From Antedon mediterranea (Eukaryota > Animalia > Echinodermata), in NCBI RefSeq assembly GCF_964355755.1, contig NC_092670.1:14184795-14248794 (forward strand): a stretch of DNA of 64,000 nt, given 5' to 3'. The position numbers and the translations under genes are program-made. This document shows positions 1 to 12,877 of this stretch, piece after piece. A model generated the notes under the pieces. The model saw only the letters and a program-made list of their open reading frames with translations, was not told the DNA's origin and searched no databases. Each line of letters opens with the position of its first letter. Position 1 is the stretch's first letter.

Positions 1-3000
1 TCGCATGATATACCGTTTTTAAAATTGTGATGACGTCATCATGTCCAAAAGCGTCAATAACTTGGGCCACTTATTTTCACATATTCTTCACTGTATGTAG
101 TACGTATACAATATATAGTGTATACTGTGTATACTTAGACGTGACGTAAAATAGAGAGCGCACTAACATTTTTTCAATGGCGTAATGGTTTTCTCTGCGC
201 AATATTCTAACTTCTAACGTATGACGTGCACGTGGCGTTTGCTCTTTTTTTTTTTTGGTTATCCGCACTTGGCGGATAACCTCTTGTTATTGTCACGATC
301 TTTTTTTTTCTTTTTTTTTTTTTTCTATCTTATTCTTCTTTCTTTCCCGGAATTTTGTTCGCAGCGTATCTCTAATTCTGGCCAATATAAGATTGTGTAA
401 CTTTGTCATAAGATTGACCTCTAGCTGTAGATGTGCAGGACGTTTCGTTTTTTAACTTTAGAGTCGCGCAGCGTAAGTTACGCGCGATTTTATGAATTTC
501 AATGATTGATCATAGATTAGAAATCAAAAGTCATTTTGTAATGAAACTTGGTGAAAATTTAAGTCATATCAAGCGCAAACTTTCTATGGATTAAAAATGG
601 CATGTTTTACAAAAAGTTACGCGTGCACGCGCGTTTAAAATTTCAAAATGCGAAAAATCAATTTCTAATCAACTTTCTACGCGTTTCATGTCATTTTGAG
701 CATTTGAAAAATTCCCACGCGTGCGCAATTTTTTTACGCGCGCGTGCGCACGTAGCGCAAAAACATATTTTTTTTGCTTGATTTTTGTTTTTTCAGCCTT
801 TTATAGTAAATTTACCAATTTTCAATCAATTTCGACTTAAAATCACGTCATACGAGCATGTAGAATTAAACAATTTGCGCGCAATTTTGATGAAAAAGTT
901 CAAAAATTTGTGAAAATTATGCCTTTTTTTAAACAGTCATAGATTCTAAAAACTAAGTGGTAAACTTTTTTATAATTACATATTCTGGTAGTAGATGAGT
1001 TGTAGATATCGAATCATGTATCAATATGGCTATCAGGACATTGTGACGTCATCGTATGGCCACTCGAATATAAAATATAGGATTTTTTTCTCTTTCGTAT
1101 AGCTCATCACATTTAATAGAGCGCATCTCCACTTATCCGTATTCCATTGCCCTCCATTTCTTTATATTGCCTATGTCAATCAATTATCTTTCGCATGATT
1201 CACCATTTTAAAAATTGTTATGACGTCATCATGTGCAAAAGCCTCAATAACTTTGGTCACTTATTTTCACCTATTCTGAACTGTATGTAGTACGTATACG
1301 GTATATAGTGTATACCGTATACACTTTGACGTGACACAAAATAGAGAGCGCACTCACATTTTTTCAATGGCATAATCGTTTTTCTGCGCGCAATATTCCA
1401 ACGTATGACGTGCACGTGACTTTAGGACTGCGGATAACCTAACTCGTCCGTAGTGACGAGTTCAAATCTAGTATTTATTTCTTTCTTTCCACACTTCTCT
1501 CCCATTTTTTGTGGGCAGCGTATCTCTAATTCTAGCCAACAGAAGATTGTATAACTTTGTCAAAAGATTACCCTATATCTGTAGATGTGCAAGAAACTTT
1601 TTTTTTCAAATTTCGAGTTGCGCAGCGTAAGTTACGCGCGATTTTATGAATTTCAATTATTGATCACAGATTAAAAACCAAAAGTCATTTGGTATTGAAA
1701 CTTGGTGAAAATTTAAGTCATATAAAGCGCAAACTTTCTGTAGATTAAAAATGGCAGGTTGCAAAAAAAGTTACGCGCGCACGCGCGTTTAAAATTTCAA
1801 ATTGCGAAAATTCAATTTCTAATCAACTTTCTACGCGTTTCAGGTCATTTTGAGCATTTCAAAAATTCCTACGCGTGCGCAATTTTTTTACGCGCGCGTG
1901 CGCACGTAGCGCAAAAACATCTTTTTTTTGCTTGATTTTTGTTTTTCCTGTCTTTTTTTAGTAAATTTACCAACTTTCAAACAATTTCGACTTAAAATCA
2001 CGTCATACGAGCACGTAGAATTAAACAATTTGCGCGCGTTTTTGATGAAAATGTTCAAAAATTCATGAAAATTATGCCTTTTTTAAAACAGTCATAGATT
2101 GTAAACTACGAGGTGAACTTTTTTTAAATTAAACATTCTGGAAGTTGATGAGTTGTAGATATCGAATCATGCATCGATATGGCTAACAGGACATAGTGAC
2201 GTCATCGTATGGCCACTCAAATATAAAATATAGGATTTTTGTATCTTTCGTCATAGCTCATCACATTTAATAGAGCGCATCTCCACTTATCCTAATTCCA
2301 TTTCCCTCCATTTTTTTATATTGTCTATGCCAATCAATTATCTTTCGCATGATATACCGTTTTTAAAATTGTGATGACGTCATCATGTCCAAAAGCGTCA
2401 ATAACTTGGGCCACTTATTTTCACATATTCTTCACTGTATGTAGTACGTATACAATATATAGTGTATACTGTGTATACTTAGACGTGACGTAAAATAGAG
2501 AGCGCACTAACATTTTTTCAATGGCGTAATGGTTTTCTCTGCGCAATATTCTAACTTCTAACGTATGACGTGCACGTGGCGTTTGCTCTGCGGATAACCT
2601 AACTCGTCCGTAGTGACGAGTTCAAATCTAGTTGGTTATCCGCACTTGGCGGATAACCCCTTGTTATTGTCAGGATCTTTTTTTTTCTTTTTTTTTTTCT
2701 ATCTTATTCTTCTTTCTTTCCCGGAATTTTGTTCGCAGCGTATCTCTAATTCTGGCCAATATAAGATTGTGTAACTTTGTCATAAGATTGACCTCTAGCT
2801 GTAGATGTGCAGGACGTTTCGTTTTTTAACTTTAGAGTCGCGCAGCGTAAGTTACGCGCGATTTTATGAATTTCAATGATTGATCATAGCTTAGAAATCA
2901 AAAGTCATTTTGTAATGAAACTTGGTGAAAATTTAAGTCATATCAAGCGCAAACTTTCTATGGATTAAAAATGGCAAGTTTGACAAAAAGTTACGCGTGC

Positions 3001-6000
3001 ACGCGCGTTTAAAATTTCAAAATGCGAAAAATCAATTTCTAATCAACTTTCTACGCGTTTCATGTCATTTTGAGCATTTCAAAAATTCCCTTGCGTGCGC
3101 AATTTTTTTACGCGCGCGTGCGCACGTAGCCCAGAAACATCTTTTTTTTGCTTGATTTTTGTTTTTTCAGCCTTTTCTAGTAAGTTTATCAATTTTAAAT
3201 CAATTTCGACTTAAAATCACGTCATACGAGCACGTAGAATTAAACAATTTGCGCGCAATTTTGATGAAAAAGTTCAAAAATTTGTGAAAATTATGCCTTT
3301 TTTTAAACAGTCATAGATTCTAAACTACGTCGTAAACTTTTTTATATTTACATATTCTGGTAGTAGATGAGTTGTAGATATCGAATCATGTATCAATATG
3401 GCTATCAGGACATTGTGACGTCATCGTATGGCCACTCGAATATAAAATATAGGATTTTTTTCTCTTTCGTATAGCTCATCACATTTAATAGAGCGCATCT
3501 CCACTTATCCGTATTCCATTGCCCTCCATTTCTTTATATTGCCTATGTCAATCAATTATCTTTCGCATGATTCACCATTTTAAAAATTGTTATGACGTCA
3601 TCATGTGCAAAAGCCTCAATAACTTTGGTCACTTATTTTCACCTATTCTGAACTGTATGTAGTACGTATACGGTATATAGTGTATACCGTATACACTTTG
3701 ACGTGACACAAAATAGAGAGCGCACTCACATTTTTTCAATGGCATAATCGTTTTTCTGCGCGCAATATTCCAACGTATGACGTGCACGTGGCTTTAGGAC
3801 TGCGGATAACCTAACTCGTCCGTAGTGACGAGTTCAAATCTAGTTTCTATTTTCTTCTTTCTTTCCACGAATTTTGTTGGTCGCATATCTCTAATTTTGG
3901 GCAACATATGATTGTATAACTTGTTCATAAGATTGATATGTAGCTGTAGATGTGCAAGAAACTTTTTTTTTCAAATTTCGAGTCGCGCAGCGTAAGTTAC
4001 GCGCGATTTTGTGAATTTCAATGATTGATCATAGAATAAAAACTAAAAGTCATTTTGTATTGAAACTTGGTGAAAATTTAAGTCATATCATGCGCAAACT
4101 TTCTATGGATTAAAAATAGCATGTTTTACAAAAAGTTGCGCGCGCACGCGCGTTTAAAATTTCAAAATGAGAAAAATCAATTTCTAATCAACTTTCTACG
4201 CGTTTCCGGTCATTTTGAGAATTTCAAAAATTCCCACGCGTGCGCATTTTTTTTACGCGCGCGTGCGCACGTAGCGCAAAAACATCTTTTTTTTGCTTGA
4301 TTTTTGTTTTTACAGCCTTTTCTAGTAAATTTACCAATTTTCAATCAATTTCGACTTAAAATCACGTCATACGAGCACGTAGAATTGAACAATTTGCGCG
4401 CGTTTTTGAAGAAAAAGTTCAAAAATTCGTCAAAATTATGTCTTTTTTAAAACAGTCATAGATTGTAAACTACGAGGTGAACTTTTTTTAAATTAGACAT
4501 TCTGAAAGTTGATGAGTTGTAGATGTAGAATCATGTATCGATATGGCTAACCGGACATTGTGACGTCATCGTTTGGTCACTCGAATATGAAATATAGGAT
4601 TTTTTTCTCTTTCGTCATAGCTCGTCACATTTAATAGAGCGCATCTCCTTTATCCGTGTTCCAATTCCATCATTTTTTTTATTATTGTCTAGGTCAATCA
4701 ATTATCTTTCCCATGATTCACCATTTTTAAAATTGTGATGACGTCATCATGTTCAAATGCGTCAATAACTTTGGTCACTTATTTTCACCTATTCTGCACT
4801 GTATGTAGTACGTATACAGTATATAGTGTTATACCGTATATACTTAGACGTGACGCAAAATCGAGAGCGCACTAACATTTTTATCGTTTTTTTGCGCGCA
4901 ATATTCTAACGTATGACGTGCACGTGGCTTTTGCGCTGCGGATAACCTAACTCGTCCGTAGTGACGAGTTCAAATCTAGTATTTATTTGTTTCCTTCCAC
5001 CCTTCTCCCCCATTTTTTGTGCGCAGCATATCTCTAATTCTGGCCAACATATGATTGTATAACTTTGTCAAAAAATTGCCCTGTAGCTGTAGATGTGCAA
5101 GAAACTTTTTTTTTTAAATTTCGAGTCGCGCAGCGTAAGTTACGCGCGATTTTGTGAATTTCAATGATTGATCATAGAATAAAAACTAAAAGTCGTTTTG
5201 TATTGAAACTTGGTGAACATTTAAGTCATATAATGCGCAAACTTTCTATGGATTAAAAATGGCATGTTTCATAAAAATTTACGCGCGCACGCTTATTTAA
5301 AATTTCAAAATGCGAAAAATCAACATCTAATCAACTTTCTACGCGTTTCATGTAATTTTGAGCATTTCAAAAATTCCCATGCGTGCGCAATTTTCTTACG
5401 CGCGCGTGCGCACGCCGCGCAAAAACATCTTTTTTTTGCTTGATTTTTGTTTTTTCTGTCTTTTATAATAAATTTACCAATTTTCAATCAATTTCGACTT
5501 CAAATCACGTCATACGAGCACGTAGAATTGAACAATTTGCGCGCGTTTTTGATGAAAAAGTTCAAAAATTCGTCAAAATTATGCCTTTATTTAAAAAGTC
5601 ATAGATTCTAAACTCCGTGGTGAACATTTTTAAAATTTCAGATTCTCGAAGTAGATGAGTTGTAGATATCAAATCATGCATCAATATGGCTAACCGGACA
5701 TTGTGACGTCATCGTATGGCCACTGGAATATAAAATATAGGATTTTTGTCTCTTTTGCATAGCTCATCACATTTAATAGAGCGCATCTCCACTTATCCGT
5801 ATTCCATTTCCCCCCATTTTGTTATATTATCTAGGCCAATCAATTATCTTTCGCATAATCTACCATTTTTTAAATTGTGATGACGTCATCATGTCCAAAA
5901 GAGTCAATTACTTGTGTCCCTTATTTTCACCTATTCAGCTCTGTATGTAGTACGTATACTGTATATAGTGTATACCGTATATACTCAGACGTGACACAAA

Positions 6001-9000
6001 ATAGAGAGCGCACTAACATTTTTTTCAATGGCATAATCGTTTTTCTGCGCGCAATATTCTAGCGTATGACGTGCACGTGGCTTTTGCGCTGCGGATAACC
6101 TAACTCGTCCGTAGTGACGAGTTCAAATCTAGTATTTATTTCTTTCCTTCCACTTTTCTCTCCCATTTTTTGTGGGCAGCGTATCTCTAATTCTGGCCAA
6201 CATAAGATTGTGTAACTTTGTCATAATATTGACCAGTAGCGGTAGATGTGCAGGACGTTTCGTTTTTTGACTTTAGAGTTGCGCAGCGTAAGTTACGCGC
6301 GATTTTGTGAATTTCAATGATTGATCATAGAATAAAAACTAAAAGTCGTTTTGTATTGAAACTTGGTGAACATTTAAGTCATATAATGCGCAAACTTTCT
6401 ATGGATTAAAAATGGCATGTTTCATAAAAAGTTACGCGCGCACGCGTATTTAAAATTTCAAAATGCGAAAAATCAATATCTAATCAACTTTCTACGCGTT
6501 TCATGTCATTTTGAGCATTTCAAAAATTTCAACGCGTGCGCAATTTTTTTACGCGCACGTGCGCACGTAGCGCAAAAACATCATTTTTTTGATTGATTTT
6601 TGTTTTTACTGTCTTTTTTAGAAAATTTACCAGCTTTCAAACAATTTCGACTTAAAATCACGTCATACGAGCACGTAGAATTAAACAATTTACGCGCATT
6701 TTTGATGAAAAAGTTCAAAAATTTGTCAAAATTATGTCTTTTTTTAAACAGTCATAAATTCTAAACTACGTGGTGAACTTTTTTATAATTACATATTCTG
6801 GTAGTAGATGAGTTGCAGATATCAAATAATGCATCAATATGGCTAACCGGACATTCTGACGTCATCGTATGGCCACTCGAATATAAAATATAGGATTTTT
6901 GTCTCTTTCCTCGTAGCTCGTCACATTTAATATAGCGCATCTCCACTTATTTGTATTTCATTTCCCCCCATTTTTTTATGTTGTCTAGGTCTATCAATTA
7001 CCTTTCGCACGATTCACCATTTTCAAAATTATAATGACGTCATCATGTTCAAAAGCGTCAATAACTTTGGTCACTTATTTTCACCTATTCTGCACTGTAT
7101 GTAGTACGTATACAGTATATAGTGTATACCGTATATACTCAGACGTGACGAAAAAATTCTGGCCAACATAAGATTGTGTAACTTTGTCATAATATTGACC
7201 AGTAGCGGTAGATGTGCAGGACGTTTCGTTTTTTGACTTTAGAGTTGCGCAGCGTAAGTTACGCGCGATTTTGTGAATTTCAATGATTGATCATAGAATA
7301 AAAACTAAAAGTCGTTTTGTATTGAAACTTGGTGAACATTTAAGTCATATAATGCGCAAACTTTCTATGGATTAAAAATGGCATGTTTCATAAAAAGTTA
7401 CGCGCGCACGCGTATTTAAAATTTCAAAATGCGAAAAATCAATATCTAATCAACTTTCTACGCGTTTCATGTCATTTTGAGCATTTCAAAAATTTCAACG
7501 CGTGCGCAATTTTTTTACGCGCACGTGCGCACGTAGCGCAAAAACATCATTTTTTTGATTGATTTTTGTTCTTACTGTCTTTTTTAGAAAATTTACCAGC
7601 TTTCAAACAATTTCGACTTAAAATCACGTCATACGAGCACGTAGAATTAAACAATTTACGCGCATTTTTGATGAAAAAGTTCAAAAATTTGTCAAAATTA
7701 TGTCTTTTTTTAATAAATTCTAAACTACGTGGTGAACTTTTTTATAATTACATATTCTGGTAGTAGATGAGTTGCAGATATCAAATAATGCATCAATATG
7801 GCTAACCGGACATTCTGACGTCATCGTATGGCCACTCGAATATAAAATATAGGATTTTTGTCTCTTTCCTCGTAGCTCGTCACATTTAATATAGCGCATC
7901 TCCACTTATTTGTATTTCATTTCCCCCCATTTTTTTATGTTGTCTAGGTCTATCAATTACCTTTCGCACGATTCACCATTTTCAAAATTATAATGACGTC
8001 ATCATGTTCAAAAGCGTCAATAACTTTGGTCACTTATTTTCACCTATTCTGCACTGTATGTAGTACGTATACAGTATATAGTGTATACCGTATATACTCA
8101 GACGTGACGAAAAATAAAGAGCACATTGAAATTGTTTCAATGACTTAAATCGTTTTTCTGCGCGCAATATTTTAACGTATGACGTGCAAGTGGCCTTTTC
8201 GCTGCGGATAACCTAACTCGTCCGTAGTGACGAGTTCAAATCTAGTATTTATTTCTTTCTTTCCACACTTCTCTCCCATTTTTTGTGGGCAGCGTATCTC
8301 TAATTCTAGCCAACAGAAGATTGTATAACTTTGTCAAAAGATTGCCCTATATCTGTAGATGTGCAAGAAACTTTTTTTTTCAAATTTCGAGTCGCGCAGC
8401 GTAAGTTACGCGCGATTTTATGAATTTCAATTATTGATCATAGATTAAAAACCAAAAGTCATTTTGTATTGAAACTTGGTGAAAATTTAAGTCATATAAA
8501 GCGCAAACTTTCTGTATATTAAATATGGCAGGTTGCGCAAAAAGTTACGCGCGCACGCGCGTTTAAAATTTCAAAATGCGAAAAATCAATTTCTAATCAA
8601 CTTTCTACGCGTTTCATGTCATTTTGAGCATTTCAAAAATTCCCACGCTTGTGCACTTTTCTTACGCGCACGTGCGCACGTAGCGCAAAAACATCTTTTT
8701 TTTGCTTGATTTTTGTTTTTTCTGTCTTTTATAAAAAATTTATCAACTTTCAATCAATTTTGCCTTAAAATCTCGTCATACGAGCACGTAGAATTAAACA
8801 ATTTTCGCGCAATTTTGATGAAAAAGTCTAAAAATTTGTCAAAATTATGTCTTTTTTTAAACAGTCATAGATTCTAAACTACGTGGTGAACTTTTTTGTA
8901 ATTACATATTCTGGTAGTAGATGAGTTGTAGATATTGAATCATGTATCAATATGGCTAACAGGACATTGTGACGTCATCGTATGGCTACTCGAATATAAA

Positions 9001-9399
9001 ATATAGAATTTTTTTCTCTTTCCTCGTAGCTCGTCACATTTAATATAGCGCATCTCCACTTATTTGTATTCCATTTCCCCCCAATTTTTTTATGTTGTCT
9101 AGGTCTATCAATTATCTTTCGCACGATTCACCATTTTTAAAATTGTGATGACGTCATCATGTTCAAAAGCGTCAATAACTTTGGTCACTTATTTTCAGCT
9201 ATTCTGCACTGTATGTAGTACGTATACAGTATATAGTGTATACCGTATATACTCAGACGTGACGAAAAATAGAGAGCACACTGAAAATGTTTCAATGGCA
9301 TAATCGTTTTTCTGCGCGCGATATTCTAACGTATGACGTGCACGTGGCCTTTGCGCTGCGGATAACCTAACTCGTCCGTAGTGACGAGTTCAAATCTAG
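1..9399 (+). mobile_element. Tandem array of non-autonomous Helentron/Helitron2-like (DINE-1/HINE-like) elements, 8 units plus a partial one, ~1.15-1.2 kb each; continues beyond the left edge
   Basis: Units at about 255-1471, 1472-2631, 2632-3843, 3844-4979, 4980-6132, 6133-7155/7156-8245 (fused) and 8246-9399. An identical 42-mer GCGGATAACCTAACTCGTCCGTAGTGACGAGTTCAAATCTAG starts at 1430, 2590, 3802, 4938, 6091, 8204 and 9358. It comprises a 3' subTIR, an 8-bp hairpin AACTCGTC/GACGAGTT and CTAG, always followed by T. A 5' hairpin TT-GGTTATCCGC-ACTTG-GCGGATAACC sits at 255 and 2632. No long ORF and no TSD. Confidence 0.8.
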
Positions 9400-9900
9400 T
9401 TTAAATTTCAAATTGCGCAAATCGTTCAAATCGCGCATAACAATTACACAAGTGCGGTACGATTCTAGGCCTATCTCCGCTGTTGTTGCGGCGTGCGATT
9501 CCATAGAAGAATAGCGGCGTTTTGTGTGGATCGAAATAATCAGCCTTTGTTTATGGTGTTTTTAATATAATTTATTACTAAAGAATTACGTGTTAAAATT
9601 ATAGTTTCTATTAATACTATAGGCCTAATATATTAGTCTCTAAACCCATGTCTATTCTAGTAGTAGCTGTGTGGGTACGGTGTGTATGTGTGTGACGTGT
9701 GTGTGTTAGGTATGATACAATCCGAGTAATAAGTCAGCAAAATTAAACATTAAACATTTACACAAAAATACATTTTTTATTCTCGTGGGTCTAATCTTCC
9801 CATCTCATGTGTTCATATACGCGCATTTTTAAAGTTCCTTTGAGTTCATGCATATTGTTTGATAATAAAATAGCAGAATTAAAAAAATACAGTACACAAA

Positions 9901-11481
9901 CTAGAATTTAATTCGTCACTTTGACGAATTATAGGTGATCATTTTTATCATTTTAATGAAATTAACGTTTTTTCAACATGCACGTACGTTAACATACGAT
10001 CGTTAAAAGTTGATACGCCATCCTATGTCATGATGCATATACACTCATAGTGGTGAGTTGTACCTATTATGTGTCATACAATATGTACAGTATATACTGT
10101 ATATCTATATACAGTGTAGCATAGGTGAAATTACGGGACCCACATCATGTTCTAATTTTTTGGTAAGATGGAATTATCAAAATAAACTCGAAGATCACAA
10201 TTTCGAAAGATAATGAATTAAGCAAATAAATATAAAGATGGGAAGAGAATTTGACACGTAGAAGCGCAATGCGCGCTCTTTGAAATGTGTATAACTTCGA
10301 CTAAAGAAATTTAAAAACTACGTTTTAACTTCAACTGGCCATATGATAACATCACAACATCCGATAAGCTTAATTTTTATATTAATTCATATCTACATTT
10401 CATCAGCTTTCATAATAAGTTATAATCTTCAAGGTCACCTTTAATTCTGAAGAGCTATAATATATTCAAATTTACGGTGTAGCTGAAATTACACGACCTA
10501 CGTTATTCAAGTTTTTACGCGTGATGATGTCTTCAAAATAAAAATGTTGACAACTCCTGAGAAAGATAATTAATTGAGCAAGCACATACTAAAACTTCTG
10601 CGAAAATCGAGCTAAAATAACGGAGATGCGCTCTTTTAAATGTGATAACCCATACAAAAAGATAAAAATTACTAATTTTTAAATTGAAGTGGCCATTTGA
10701 TGACGTCATACCATTTTGTACGTCTAATGTGTACATGAATATGTATCTACAACCCAATGGCTTCCCGAATAACTTAAAAAAATTGGGGGTCACCTGCCAT
10801 TCTGAAGAGTTATATTCATTTTAAAAAGGCCTTATTTTTCACCATTTTCATCACTTTGATGCAATTAATTTGCGCATTTTGACATTTTTAACCTGCTCGT
10901 ATACTGTTATTTTAAGTCGGAACTGACTCAAATTTGGTGAATGTACTAAGGATGGTGAGTAGAATGCGATTTGTATAAAAAAAATTGCAATTTTTACACT
11001 TTGTAAGTATCGCGCGCGCAAAATAATTTTTTTGCGCAGTAATTTTTTGAAACACGCAAATGGCCTAATTCATGCTCTAAATTGATTAAAACGTAATTTT
11101 GAGCTTTTTAAATTTTTAATGCGCGATTTCACGCGCATGACCCTACGTGCGCGCGCGTTTTTATTTGCTAATATTTTTACCCTTGACCTGAAGTTTACGT
11201 GTAGTGAATTTTATAAATATGTGATAATGAATTATGGATATATGATTGATAATGTGATTTCACAAAATGGCGTATACGTAACGTCACGGGTCAGTGATCA
11301 CGCTGAAAAGCTTATTATGGCTAAGTTAAAGTATTTGAAAGACATTGTGAAATTTTTGTGATCATTGTTATTCAACTTTTTGAGATATTTGTTACACAAA
11401 AAGTGTACAGAAAGAAAAAAAATAATAAAGATTTCATACAATAACAATAGGTGATCATTTTATTCTAAATGATCACCTAAT
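9901..11481 (-). mobile_element. Solo full-length non-autonomous Helentron-like element, diverged relative of the array unit, inverted
   Basis: Minus-strand 3' end reads AAATGATCACCTAT-AATTCGTC-AAAGT-GACGAATT-AAATT-CTAG-T (9901-9944). The 5' end is a 13-bp hairpin TAGGTGATCATTT/AAATGATCACCTA (11448-11479) followed by TTGTTATTGT...ATCTTT and a T-tract, as in the array heads. The body retains similar CGCG-rich and TGACGTCA blocks. Confidence 0.75.
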
Positions 11482-12877
11482 TATACACATTCTTTATTCT
11501 TGTGGGTCTAAGCTTTCTTTGGGCTATGTCCAATGAATTACTACTTAGTTTAATGTCTTGCCTAGCTGTCGATTAGCCTCGACTCGACACATTTTGTGTG
11601 ACGAAGAGTGCGCGAAGGCAATCACGCGAATTGACTTAGAATCCTAGGCCTACTGTAGAAAGTATCGTATCGCAGTTGTGTAATCACTTCTTGTTGCTAT
11701 ACGCTTGGGTGCACACGGAACAACAAATTTAACTGATGAATTATTCATGTTTATTTTGTGACGTTTCATGAGGGGTCCCCAACTTATGTACGAAAAAAAA
11801 AATCGCGACCGGGCGCGTGACACGCGTATATTGTCCATGATCATCATATGCAATCCCCTCTGTGGTTAATATTTAATGTGTATTTTCGCTATTGCAGAAG
11901 GTTCCAACCCTAGAAAATACATCGGGCAGTACGTGGCATATGAACGCATCAGTATCTTGGAAGGGGAGTAGTGCCCTTTCAGCTCTCCTCTCCCTCCCTG
12001 GTTATTTCGTTGTAGGCCTATTTCAATACATCGACTCTCTCTCGGATTGTATAGATCTCCATTGTGTCTGCTATTATGGCACTGGTGAAATCCGTATAGT
12101 TTAAAAATGCATCAAGTTTTTTGTAATCCTGTTCGAATTACAAATTTTACATAACAAAAACAACCCCTGAATTCATATTTTTCCAGAATTAAAAAAAAAA
12201 AATAATCATAAAAGTGTTATTATCCAGAAAAGTTGTAAAGCTCATAAGAAACAATCTATCAGTAAGCCGCAGTTAAGTGTCCCCCGAGGTGGTTCATGAA
12301 ATATTTCATTTTTTAGCGATCACGTACATAATTTTGGGATAGATGAATTCAATATGTTGGAATCAGGTTTTTTTGGCAAAGAAAATACACATGGTTTTGA
12401 TTTACTATATTAGGCTATATTGTTTTCAAGGTTGTGTTAATATTTATTAATCGTTTTACGACTGCCACTTTCTCTTTCCTATTAACTGATGCTTTTTATA
12501 CTTATCAGCCGTGTGTACGGGGCGCCATTCGGAACATTGCTAATAAAAACATAATTATGCACCTACATACTTATGATTATTCTACAGTATCGTTCGTCGC
12601 CATATTTGTCATTCTGGTTACGTAATGTCTTCGCCATCGTCTTTATGATCGCGCCGCTATTCGCTGACCGCTTTCATCTTATCGTCGCAGTTCATTGAGA
12701 CTCAATCGTGGCTCTGAGTCTCTGTCAACATCGCTTCGCAATGAATTGTAAGGAAACAGATTGCGGAAATGTAGAAGGTAATTCGATTTAAAACCTTGTA
12801 CTTTAATAAGATAATTAATGCAACTATAAACAGATATATTATTGTTGGTGAAATTTGGTTTCAGTGTAGTATATTAA

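Noticed and set aside
77-7905. Short ORFs within the tandem array (63-73 aa)
   Set aside because: Low-complexity translations that are not preserved across units and have no recognisable domain.
1430-9399. CRISPR-like reading of the identical 42-bp hairpin repeats
   Set aside because: The intervening segments are >1 kb and homologous to each other, there are no cas genes, and the context is eukaryotic; Helentron termini explain the pattern.
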